A stretch of DNA of 64,000 bases from NCBI GenBank assembly GCA_963749495.1, contig CAVVMW010000005.1:320001-384000 (forward strand), given 5' to 3'. The DNA is from an uncultured bacterium (GTDB taxonomy: Bacteria; Verrucomicrobiota; Verrucomicrobiia; Limisphaerales; UBA8199). A program made the position numbers and the translations under genes. The notes under the pieces were generated by a model, which was given only the letters and a program-made list of their open reading frames with translations, ran no database searches and was not told the DNA's origin. Shown here one piece after another: positions 25,911-35,536 of this stretch. How positions within the stretch are numbered: the stretch's first letter is position 1; each line of letters starts with the position of its first letter.

Positions 25911-27248
25911 CTAACGGGCGGACATTCCCTCAACATAAAACACCGCGAGGCTGCGGATGATCGGCTCAGCGGCAGACTTGGTGACGCGCAGTCGCACGCG
26001 GCTGACCTTCGCCGCGTGGAAGCGATCAATCTTCTTGCGACCAACGGAACCGCCTTGCTTCAACTCTTGCCACCGCCCGTCGCTGAAGCCCTCCACTACA
26101 TACTCGCGGATACGTTCGCCTTCGCGGTAGTCCTCCATAATGACGGCATGATTAATGAGCGCTGGCTGGGGCAGAACCAGTTCCGTGCTGCTGCCTGGCC
26201 GGTCCTTGACCTCGGCGACAGGGCGGCGGAACCGACGCTCAATCTCCTGACCAAAGGCTTCGTAGAGCTTGAGGTCAGCGTCGGGGATCAAGCCGTTCGT
26301 GTTCGGTGTCGAGTTCAGCAGCAGCACGCCGCCGTGACCGGCGGACTTGTAGTAAACGTCCATCAGTTCCTCGAGGCTCTTGCGTTTCTTCTCGTTGTCC
26401 GCAGACCAAAACCAGTTGTGGTTGTAGAGCGTGGTGTCCGCTTCCAGCGGCGCCCAAGCATCCCCATCGGGATTGCCCTGCGCGGCAGTGGCCACGCCGG
26501 TTTTTAGGTCCTTGCTCAGGAGCGAATTCCACGCCGCGTCCGGCAGTCTCCCGCTTTCGGTGCCGGCCCAGCGGATGGTCGCCTGCGGTCCTTGGAAAAT
26601 CACGGCGTCCGCCGCGTACTTCTTGAGGATGTCGCTCACGTCAATGGCGCAACTGCCATCAAACCACACTTCGGTGATCTTCCCGTAACGCGTGAGTACT
26701 TCGGTCAACTGCTGGCGAAACACCTTGTTGTAGGCTTCCTGCTTGGCGGGGTCTTTGGTGCGTCCGCCACCCACCGCGCCCCAGGTGTCGTCCCCGGGAT
26801 AAATGTAGATGCCGAGCGCGAGTGCGTGATTGCGGCAGGATTGGGACAAGTCCGCCAGCACGTCGCCTTTGCCGTCTTTCCAAGCGGCCTCCTTGATTCC
26901 GTACTTCGTCGTCTCGGTCCGCCACCAGCAGAAGCCGCCGGTGTGCTTCGCCACGAACAGGATTTCCCTGGCGCCCCACAATTTCGCTGCGCGGCACCAT
27001 TGGTCGGTGCCGAGTTGCGTGGGATTGATGGCGCTGAGCGGCGTGGAATGGTTGTCATATTCGCGCCCCTGCCAAGTGCAGGGATCGAGGCAAACGAACT
27101 GAATCCGCTCCTGCTCGTGCCAGGCGTATTGCGCCGGACTGGGCCGAGCAAGCGGGGCACCAGGAACAGCAGCCCTGGCTCCCAGTGCCAGCAGAAACAG
27201 GAATCCAGGCAGAGCGGCGATGAGCAGTGTGGCTGGTGCGGGTTTCAT
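25911..27248 (-). CDS. Alpha-L-fucosidase (GH29)
   Basis: AKHTGGFCWW, QLTEVLTRYG, VWFDG, LLLNSTP. Confidence 0.9.
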   Translation of the reverse strand: MKPAPATLLIAALPGFLFLLALGARAAVPGAPLARPSPAQYAWHEQERIQFVCLDPCTWQGREYDNHSTPLSAINPTQLGTDQWCRAAKLWGAREILFVAKHTGGFCWWRTETTKYGIKEAAWKDGKGDVLADLSQSCRNHALALGIYIYPGDDTWGAVGGGRTKDPAKQEAYNKVFRQQLTEVLTRYGKITEVWFDGSCAIDVSDILKKYAADAVIFQGPQATIRWAGTESGRLPDAAWNSLLSKDLKTGVATAAQGNPDGDAWAPLEADTTLYNHNWFWSADNEKKRKSLEELMDVYYKSAGHGGVLLLNSTPNTNGLIPDADLKLYEAFGQEIERRFRRPVAEVKDRPGSSTELVLPQPALINHAVIMEDYREGERIREYVVEGFSDGRWQELKQGGSVGRKKIDRFHAAKVSRVRLRVTKSAAEPIIRSLAVFYVEGMSAR

Positions 27249-27489
27249 GGCTCAGGTTCGTCGGCCGTGCATCGGTTCGGGTCTTTGCGCCGCCAACCAT
27301 ATCCCGAGGATGGCAGTTGGCCAAGCGCTATAGATAACCGAAAGCAAGGACAATGCCCTGTTGACACCCAGGAGTCCTGATTTAGCATCGTGCCCTGCAT
27401 GAGCGATGCCAAGAAACTGAATTCTGTCCATCATTCGCCGACGCTATCCGGCATTGTTCCAGGGCTAAGTATGAACCGGGCGGCGGATT

Positions 27490-28443
27490 TCACCAGACAA
27501 CTACAGTCTGATTGATTGCCGGGGCCGTCGTGGGCCACAAGATCCTCTGCCCATCCTCAAGCGACGCCTCCAGGTAATACTCCAGAGTGTCCTGGGACTG
27601 GGCTGGCAGGACCGCCCGATAAGCCCGCCGAGCCCGCAAAACCGATGCCGATTTTTTGAAGTCCCCTTGGCCGAGAGAGCGCCAGCACAGATTGACCCCG
27701 GTGCACTTGGCGTGCGAAAGGACAATAGCACGGATTTCCTGCTGCTCGCCGGCATTCACCTGGGTGGGGTTTGCGAGAACAAAAATCCGCGGCATTCCCC
27801 GGTAAGCCGCACTGATCGAAGACTCGGCCGGCAAGGGTTCTCCCAGCATTTGCGCCATTGCTTGGTCATGAGCGCAGACCAGCCGGCTGCGGGAACCGCT
27901 CTCGATGCCGGAGATGGTTCCAAGCTCGCCGGGCAACCTGGCGCAGTCAACGAAAGCGGCAATAAGGTCCTCGTAGCTGCGGGCGAGTCCCAGTCGCAGG
28001 GGGAGGACTTCTTTGCGGGCGAAACTCGTCTTATTGGCAGCTTCTTGAATGGCATTGGCCTCATTCATTTTCGCAGCAAGGCGAGCAGCGAGTGCCCAGG
28101 TCCGCACGCGGAGTTGGGAAGCGCGCACCAGATTCAGCCAGTAATCGAAGCGCTCAACATTGCCTTGTGCGTCCACGTCTTCGGGCAACCCGATCCATAC
28201 GTTGGCCTCAGGCCCGGCGGCAGGGTTCCAGCTCGGGTAGGTGTGGAAGCCGATGAAGTTCATCCTTAGCTTCGCCATCTGCGACAGGACGCTCTGGTAA
28301 TCCTGAAGGTTCCACCAGTCCGGTCCGACGGAAAAATCATGGAACGGCTGCAGCCCGCGCAGGGCGAAACGGGGCTTGCCAATCTCGTTCGGCTCAGGCC
28401 AGTCACCGTTCAACGGCGCATCGGGCACAATGTCTCCATCCAA
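27490..28443 (-). pseudogene. Glycoside hydrolase-like protein, internally deleted
   Basis: RGLQPFHDF..GPDWWN...MNFIGFHTY joined directly to C-terminal domains. Confidence 0.55.
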
Positions 28444-28467
28444 GGCGAACCTGACGCACGAGGGCCC

Positions 28468-29199
28468 TCACCCCGCAGGTGCGCGCCGTTTGTCGCGTCT
28501 GCCCTTTGAATCCGTGGTTGTCTGTGTTCGCTTGAAAATCACCAACCCGGTGAAACGGCGGCGCTGGTCGAACTGCAGCATGACCGGAAAGTGCTTCAAC
28601 AGCTTGCGCGGCAGTTCCCAGACAAAATGGCTGTAGGGCGGCATCTCGCCGCGTTTGTGCTTGCGCAGCTCCACCGTGACCAAGTGCGTGTCGAAGCGAA
28701 CTTCAACCCCGCTTTCCTCCAGCCGCACCAGCCGATCCGCCGCTATGGTCCAATCGTGCTTCCTGAACCAGCGCGACTGGCTTCGATGCGGGTTCAACAC
28801 CTCGACGTTGAGCTTCGCGCCATGGAAATCAATCGTGTCGTTGACCACGGTCGCCGCTTTTCGAGTGGGAAAGGTGCGCTCGGAATTCGGCACGGCCCGG
28901 CGGCCAATCGTTTTCTTTCCATGAAACGGGAGCAACAGCCATTGCTCCCTTGCGCCGCGAATGAGGCCGCAGACCTTGCAAACAAACTTCCCCTCGCGAT
29001 TCTTCCTCCAGCCGCTGCGATGACGGCATTGCATCGCCAAAAACTCCCATACCAGCCCAAGCTGTTGGTAGATCTCCGCGAACCGCTCCGCGTCCGCTCC
29101 CTCCCGCTTGAGCGCCGGATGCCGCGACACAAAGTCCATGCTGCGGAACAGCCGGCGGAGATCACGTTTCAGGCTCGCTTCTGTGGAACTGCTGTTCAT
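28468..29199 (-). CDS. Hypothetical protein
   Basis: 243-aa ORF with ATG start and CxH/CxxC; no family recognised. Confidence 0.55.
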   Translation of the reverse strand: MNSSSTEASLKRDLRRLFRSMDFVSRHPALKREGADAERFAEIYQQLGLVWEFLAMQCRHRSGWRKNREGKFVCKVCGLIRGAREQWLLLPFHGKKTIGRRAVPNSERTFPTRKAATVVNDTIDFHGAKLNVEVLNPHRSQSRWFRKHDWTIAADRLVRLEESGVEVRFDTHLVTVELRKHKRGEMPPYSHFVWELPRKLLKHFPVMLQFDQRRRFTGLVIFKRTQTTTDSKGRRDKRRAPAG

Positions 29200-29641
29200 G
29201 GGACGAATACTATGCGCTGGTGGGGCAGGTCTGCCAGCCAGTTCCGACAGAGTTTTCGCTCCGGTTCAATCAGGTGCTGTCCGGGTTGCGCAAAAAAGGC
29301 GCCGGCTTGACCGACGAGGAGATGGACGCCCTGCGGCACCTCCTGACCGACGCGGCAATCAGCCCGGCTTTTGTCCGGCGGTTGGCGGCCGAACACGGGG
29401 CCGAATCCTTGGCGGACGCCCCAGGAGGCGTTCTGCACGATGGCCACCACCGTCGCCACCGCCCTGGAGATCGAGCCAAACAAAACTCACCCTCCTTCAT
29501 TGAGTGGTTTACATCAAGATTGAGAGCTGGTCGCAAAATTAACCGCAGAGAACACAAAGAACACAAAGACCTAACAGGATAAGGCAGTTCTTTGCGATCT
29601 CTGCGTTCTTCGCGGTTAATCCGTAATTCTGCAATCGGCTG

Positions 29642-30080
29642 TTAGGCCTTCTCCTCTCGCGGGTACTTGAAGATCAGGCCGGCCTTCATGGCCTTGGCCT
29701 TCAGCATCTCCGCTTCCACCGAGGTCAACGGTGTGAATTGTGGCGCCAGTTTCAACGCCAGGCGCAGGCACGGCTCGTGCGCCGGAGTGACGGCGGGGGT
29801 CACCGGATGGGAGAAGGTGAAGCGCAGCGCCAGCAGAGCCTCGGCGGGATTGAGCAGGGCTCGTACCAGCAGTTCGAGGCGAAGCGCGCCGCCTCTTTGG
29901 GCCAAGGCCCTTTGGCCATGGCCTTGAGGGCGAGAATGCCCATCTTCTTCTCCTGCGCCAGCCAGCTCTCGGGGTCGCCCACACGCTCGGGCTCAAACCA
30001 GACGATGAACCTCTTGCCCTGTTGATGCAGCCAATCGCTGAAGGGGCGGAAGCCCTTCGGGCAGCGTTCTGGATTCCAAA
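29642..30080 (-). pseudogene. Fused fragments: GH36-like piece and aldo/keto reductase C-terminus
   Basis: FIVWFEPERV followed by KKMGILALKAMA...CWYEP...LALRFTFSHPVT. Confidence 0.5.
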
Positions 30081-30224
30081 CCGGTAAAATCTTGCCTCTG
30101 TGAGCTCGTTGATTACTATGTGAAGCGTTACCACAGTGGGAGGCGAATTGTTCCCTGAGAACCGCCCCGTTCGGATCCCCAGGGATTCTCATTTTTTATT
30201 TCCACCGCCTAAGATGGCAGGTTT

Positions 30225-30905
30225 TCATGGCGAATGCTGCCGGATGTCCACAGGCCGGTTCGCCTTCATTCTGGTTGCCAGCCCCGCCACGCGCTCGCCG
30301 AGCCGCCGGGCGCCATCAAGCGCTCCCTCGCCCACCCCCGGCCCCAGCGGCCCGGTAACGGCCGCGGCGCCCATTTCCCCCCAGATGCTGCCGGTTTTCT
30401 CGTTCTGATAAAGCGGCCCGGCCACCACCATCCGGTTATTCAGCATGAACAAGAGCAGAGAAACCACCACATGCTCCTGCCCGCCCACCTCGCCCCCGGC
30501 CGTGGCGAAAGCGCCTCCAACCTTGTCCGTGAAGTCCACCTTTAGTTTCCAATTCCAATCATCGATTGCCGATTTCATCTCCCCTGGGATGTTCGCAAAG
30601 TAGGTCGGACAACCCAGGATGATTCCATCGGCTCCTTCGAGGTCCGCCTTGGAAATATCGGCGACCCGCTTGAGCACGGCGACCGTGCCGGGCACGCGTT
30701 TGACTCCCTCGACAACCCCGCGAGCCATCTGCTCGGTGTTGCCTGTGCGCGAGTAATAGGCGACCAGAACGTGGGTTGCGCGCCCTGGAGAAGCGTTGCT
30801 TGCCGGGAAGATGCCCTCGGGAGTCCCGGAGAGCCCGGCTGTCGCAAACCCACAGATCAACGATACCAGCAGCCGTGGGCGGTTTCGATTAGATTGGTGG
30901 TTCAT
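30225..30905 (-). CDS. Flavodoxin/WrbA-like NAD(P)H oxidoreductase
   Basis: YYSRTGNTEQMA, GCPTYF, KVGGAFATAGG. Confidence 0.9.
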   Translation of the reverse strand: MNHQSNRNRPRLLVSLICGFATAGLSGTPEGIFPASNASPGRATHVLVAYYSRTGNTEQMARGVVEGVKRVPGTVAVLKRVADISKADLEGADGIILGCPTYFANIPGEMKSAIDDWNWKLKVDFTDKVGGAFATAGGEVGGQEHVVVSLLLFMLNNRMVVAGPLYQNEKTGSIWGEMGAAAVTGPLGPGVGEGALDGARRLGERVAGLATRMKANRPVDIRQHSP

Positions 30906-31263
30906 TGTCTTTTTGATGAATGAGAATCTGATGTTCCGGTCAGCACGCACAGACCAGGCTAGCCTGGTCGAGCCATATCTTGCCAGGATATTCCTTCGCA
31001 GCGTCATCTGAAGGGCGCACGACAGAATTCTTCGCTGCCGCCTAAAGGCGGCGTTCCGCAGCCAACCGGAACGCCGCCTTCAGGCGGCAGGATGGCCGGT
31101 CGAAGAAATCCGTCGTGCGCCCTCATCTGAATCGCGCCGCGGCTCAAAACGACGCGAACCCACTTTCCTCTTGTCCCAATAGGCCCGGCGGCCTACGGTT
31201 CGCACCAACACGAAGAATCAGCCGCCAATCAACAGATGCCAGTGGCCGCGATGCCAGGGCGGC

Positions 31264-33171
31264 ATGGTCCCTCTTTTTTCCGTGCGATTATGGTGTCCGG
31301 TGAAACTCGTTCTCCCCGCAGTCGGTCTGGCCTTTCTGCTTGCTGCTCCGCTGGCGGCTGAAATCTCACCACCTGGCCGCTTTGAATCGCTCGGCATCCC
31401 TGTGCGCGTCGGCGGGTTGATGGGGTGCGTGGCCGGCTCGAATGGCCGCGGGGGCCAGGCGCTGTATTTCAACTTCAATCAGATCAGTGGCAAGTTGTTC
31501 CTCGTCCAAGTGGATCCCGACACTGGCGAGGCGCGTCAGTTCAACGCGCCGGAAGGCCCCGGAGCCTGGGCGCTCATCGCCGGGCCGGATGAGAAGATTT
31601 ACCTGGGGACCTGGGACGGCGGGTTGATTCTGCGTTTCGACCCGAAGCAGCCGGACAAGGGCATCGAGGTCGTCGGCAAACCGTCTTGGACCGAGGAGTA
31701 TCTCTGGCAATACGACATCGGCAAGGACGGCAAACTTTACGCCTGCACTTATCCGCAGGCCAAGCTCGTCAGCTTCGATCCGAAGACCGGCGCAATGGAG
31801 GATCTGGGCCGCATGCACCCGAGCGAGATGTATGCGCGGAGCGTCGCGGTTGGACCGAACGGCAAGGTGTATGTGGGCATCGGCACTGAGAAGGGCGATC
31901 TGGTCGTGTTCGATCCCGCGACGAAGCAACATCACAGTCTCATTCCGCCCGGACTGCGCGGCTCGGCGGGCTGGAGGACGGTCGGCGTCTCGCGACGAGG
32001 CGACGGAAATGTCTATGCGGAGTTCGGGACGAACCTGATGCGGCTGGACGATGAAAGCGTGGCGCGCGTAGCGGCAGCGCCGGAGAGGCCCCAGATGAAG
32101 CTTAGCGACGGCCGCGTCGTCACGTCGTTCGAGCGCGGCCGCTTCACGCTGCTGGATCCGAAGACGGGCACGAGCGTCGAGCGCACGTTTCGCTACGCCG
32201 GCAACGGCGACCACATTTTCATGCTGGGCGTTGGCCCATCCAACTGTGTCTATGGCAGCACCGCGATGCCCCTGGAAATCTTCCGCTACGATCCGGCCTC
32301 GAACCGGAGCGAGCATCTGGGCCACATGCCGGGCGGCGAGGTCTATTCGATGCTCGAGCACGAGCGGAAGCTCTACCTTTGTTACTACGGCGGCGCGGTG
32401 ATGAACCTCTATGATCCGGGGAAACCGTTCTGGAGATTTGGTCCCGGGGCCGGCTCGAACCCGGTCTCGTTCGGCGGGGTGGGCGACGGTCACCTGCGTC
32501 CGCGCGCGATGGTCTATGGGCCGAACGGCCTGATCTATATCGGCAGTGAACCGCCCTACGGCGAACTGGGCGGCGCCATTGGCGTGTGGGATCCGAAACA
32601 GAACCGGACCATCGAGAACTACCGCCACGTGGTCACCAACCAGAGCATCGTCTCATTGGCGTGGGAACCCAGGAGCGGGCTGCTCTTCGGCGGCAGCGGC
32701 AACTACGGCGGCGGCGGCACGCGCCCCGTGGAAAAGGAGGCGAGGTTCTTCGCGTTCGACCCCAAGAAAAAGGAGAAGGTCTTTGAGACGACCCTGTCGC
32801 CCGGCGCGCGCAACTATCCGGCAACCTTCGCCATCGAGGGACAGGTGTTCACCACGGTGGGCGACCGCCTGTTCGTCTTCGATCCGGCGGCGATGCGGGT
32901 GACGAAGGCCGTTCCACTTCCCGGCGCACAAGTGGAGATTTCACTTGGACAACTTCGCACAGGCCCTCTGGTCGGCCTCACGACGAAGGGCGTGTACGTG
33001 TACGACCTGCGACGCGGTGAAATTGTCCACACGGCCGAAGCGCCGGTTCCCGTGCGCTGTGGGTTCGCCCTGCTGGAGGATGATGTCTATTTCGGATCGA
33101 ACGCGGAGCTGTGGCGATACCGCCTGCCCGAGCCCGCATCCGCCGGAGAACCTGGCGCAGCGCAACGTTGA
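31264..33171 (+). CDS. Secreted beta-propeller protein
   Basis: Signal peptide; repeated DGKLY/YxGT/FDPKT blades. Confidence 0.8.
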   Translation: MVPLFSVRLWCPVKLVLPAVGLAFLLAAPLAAEISPPGRFESLGIPVRVGGLMGCVAGSNGRGGQALYFNFNQISGKLFLVQVDPDTGEARQFNAPEGPGAWALIAGPDEKIYLGTWDGGLILRFDPKQPDKGIEVVGKPSWTEEYLWQYDIGKDGKLYACTYPQAKLVSFDPKTGAMEDLGRMHPSEMYARSVAVGPNGKVYVGIGTEKGDLVVFDPATKQHHSLIPPGLRGSAGWRTVGVSRRGDGNVYAEFGTNLMRLDDESVARVAAAPERPQMKLSDGRVVTSFERGRFTLLDPKTGTSVERTFRYAGNGDHIFMLGVGPSNCVYGSTAMPLEIFRYDPASNRSEHLGHMPGGEVYSMLEHERKLYLCYYGGAVMNLYDPGKPFWRFGPGAGSNPVSFGGVGDGHLRPRAMVYGPNGLIYIGSEPPYGELGGAIGVWDPKQNRTIENYRHVVTNQSIVSLAWEPRSGLLFGGSGNYGGGGTRPVEKEARFFAFDPKKKEKVFETTLSPGARNYPATFAIEGQVFTTVGDRLFVFDPAAMRVTKAVPLPGAQVEISLGQLRTGPLVGLTTKGVYVYDLRRGEIVHTAEAPVPVRCGFALLEDDVYFGSNAELWRYRLPEPASAGEPGAAQR

Positions 33172-33423
33172 TGGGAATCGGGAACCTATAGGCAGCAAGA
33201 TGCCACCGGGATTTTGCCGCCCAGCGAGGCGTGAACGAGGCGCATATCCGCAGTGATCTGTAACGAGTGAACAACGAAGCTGGACGGCAAAAGACCAAGG
33301 CAGGTTGCTGCTTATTCATTACCTCCGCCTTAGTGAGCCCGGCAGGAGGACCTGGTGACGGCAACATGTTTCTGCCCGCCGAAAAGGCTTGAAAAGGCGG
33401 AGAGGCCGTGGGATTTTCCCAAT

Positions 33424-33654
33424 ATGAACGCAGTCAAAGTGGATGCGGCCAAGCGGATCCGGCTTCCGGTTCTGCGCCCGGGTGACTATTACGAGCCCGA
33501 ATTCTTTGGCCCGGAGCAAATCATGCTCCGCCGCGTGCCTGAACCCAAACGGAAGGTGCAGTGGACCAAGGCCGAAGCGCTCGCGGCCATCGACAGGAGT
33601 CGCCTCAAATTCAGGGTAAACTGGGATGAATTGCGCCTGGAGACCCGAGAATGA
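33424..33654 (+). CDS. AbrB-like antitoxin followed by truncated PIN toxin start (MMLFDTSV at 33651)
   Basis: MNAVKVDAAKRIRLP...; ATGA overlap with a DTS-motif ORF. Confidence 0.6.
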   Translation: MNAVKVDAAKRIRLPVLRPGDYYEPEFFGPEQIMLRRVPEPKRKVQWTKAEALAAIDRSRLKFRVNWDELRLETRE

Positions 33655-33903
33655 TGCTCTTCGACACCAGCGTGATAAAAGACCCAGAGCAAGGTTCCGC
33701 TGCCACGCCATGTGAACAGGCCCCGTTTAGAGACTGTTCTTCTTCACTTCCCCAGAGACTTCACGGCAGTCGGACAGTTGGGGGAAGCCGTATTCAAACG
33801 CGGAGACGCGAAGACCGCAGAGAAGAGGACGTTGGATACCGTTGTTGAACTCTCTTACGGTCTTGAGGCTTGTCTTCAACCCAACTTAGGCTAGAGTAAT
33901 TCT

Positions 33904-34223
33904 GTGAATCAAACCAGCGGTACGTACGAAAACGGGAAGGTCCTCCTGGACCAACCAGTGGACTGGCCCAATGGTGTCCACGTCAACGTGGTACGAGGGG
34001 ATGGCTCGGAGGGCGCCATTGACGATGGTTGTGTTGACGGTTTCGAAATGGGAGGCCACGGATCAAGCCACCCGCGCGTGGCTCGCCTGGTTTGATTCAC
34101 TGGAGCCCGTGTTCACCGGAGAAGAACTGGCGCGATTCGAAGCCGATCTGCACCGCCTCCGCCATGAGCAAAACTCGTTCCTCCCGGCGTGGGAGCAAAG
34201 AATTGAACAGGCTGCTGAAGTGA
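33904..34223 (+). pseudogene. Antitoxin, frameshifted
   Basis: GTYENGKVLLDQPVDWPNG N-terminus; WLAWFDSLEP continues in another frame; lies directly upstream of the PIN gene. Confidence 0.6.
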
Positions 34224-34633
34224 CGCGCTACCTCCTGGATAGCGGCATTGCCAGCGACCTTATCAACCGGCGGGGCCTGGTACCCTCGCGCGCGCGTGCG
34301 GCGCGCCTGCGCGGCGATCAAGTCGGCATTGGAACGCCGGTTTTGGGCGAGCTTATCGCTGGCATTCAGAACTCCAACGACCCGCAAAGGCACTTGGCGG
34401 CGCTGTGGCGGAATATTGGGTTGCTGACGCTGTGGACCTTCGACAAAGCGGCGGCAATTCAATTTGGAATATTCCACGCGGAGTTGCGCCGCAGAGGGCG
34501 TTTGATCCAGGTTGTGGACCTCCAAATCGCTGCGATCGCCTGCACGCTGCGAAATTGCGTGGTTGTTTCCAAGGGCAACGACCTTCGCGCGGTACCGGGT
34601 CTCGCCGTGGAAGACTGGTCTGTGCAGCAGTAG
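34220..34633 (+). CDS. vapC: VapC/PIN-domain toxin
   Basis: RYLLDSG...LGELIAG...DLQIAAIA...DLRAVPGLAVEDW. Confidence 0.88.
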   Translation: MTRYLLDSGIASDLINRRGLVPSRARAARLRGDQVGIGTPVLGELIAGIQNSNDPQRHLAALWRNIGLLTLWTFDKAAAIQFGIFHAELRRRGRLIQVVDLQIAAIACTLRNCVVVSKGNDLRAVPGLAVEDWSVQQ

Positions 34634-34976
34634 CCTGATTGGCGCGCACCGGCGCTGAAAGCGTGCCGGCTCTCCGATCCAACAAAGTGGTTAGACATGA
34701 GGCGGCAGACGTGAATCTGCCTTCTCTCAAGGCGATTTGCATGCTCGGGGGATGCATCGGAGATGGCCTATGTCACTCTCTCTTTTTGACCAATGGGGTT
34801 TTTCAGCGCAATCCAAACTACGGGTTGACCCCTCTTCCTTCCGCGCCAGCCGACTGATCGCCTGATGGCCCGGCTGCCGCCCATCAAGTGGATATGCGCT
34901 CGGTTGTGGCCAAGATCGCGGGCAGCTTGGAGGGCGCCGTCGCGCTCGACGTGGAGTCGCTCACCGACCGCTTCGC

Positions 34977-35174
34977 TCACTGACCTGGGGCCAGCAGAAC
35001 CCGGAAACCGAAGAACCTCCCCCGGTTGCCCGGGTAGCCGCCGTAGCGGGCCGCGGACCGGCAGACCCTGGCGAAGTCGCGCCAGTCGCCGCCGCGGAAC
35101 ACCCGGTACCAGCCCGAAACAGCCCCTCGCGGATCGGTCACACTCCCGGCGGGATAGTTCCCATACCAGTCCAA
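34977..35174 (-). pseudogene. Formylglycine-generating enzyme (SUMF1) domain C-terminal fragment
   Basis: DWY..Y...DP.G...RVFRGGDW...RSAAR...GFRV. Confidence 0.75.
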
Positions 35175-35329
35175 ACCAGGCTCCGCGCGCAGGGCGTTGG
35201 CTGAAAGAAACAGTTCAGCGCCTCGTCGAGGCAGATGAGTGCCTTTTCACTCTGACCGGCCGAATTAGCAAGCGAAAAATGACGGTCAATGTAATCGGTC
35301 CATTGAAGGCGGAGACGGAGTCGCCGACG

Positions 35330-35482
35330 GACCCCTCACCCCGACCCTCTCCCCGTCCGACGGGGAGAGGGAGAAGCCTCGGCAGTCTCCGAAACTTCCA
35401 CGGCGTGTGCGCTTCCTCATGCCGCGACCGAAGATTCTCCCTCTCCCCTTCCGAAGGGGAGAGGGCCGGGGTGAGGGGTCTG
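35330..35482. repeat. Composite palindromic repeat (CCCTCACCCC..CCCTCTCCC family)
   Basis: Related copies at 42552-42702 and, partially, 7727-7791 inside rtcB. Confidence 0.85.
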
Positions 35483-35536
35483 CCCCCTGTGCCGCTCCCG
35501 GCTCACTGAGGCCTTGCCGGTCGATCGTTGCCGGGA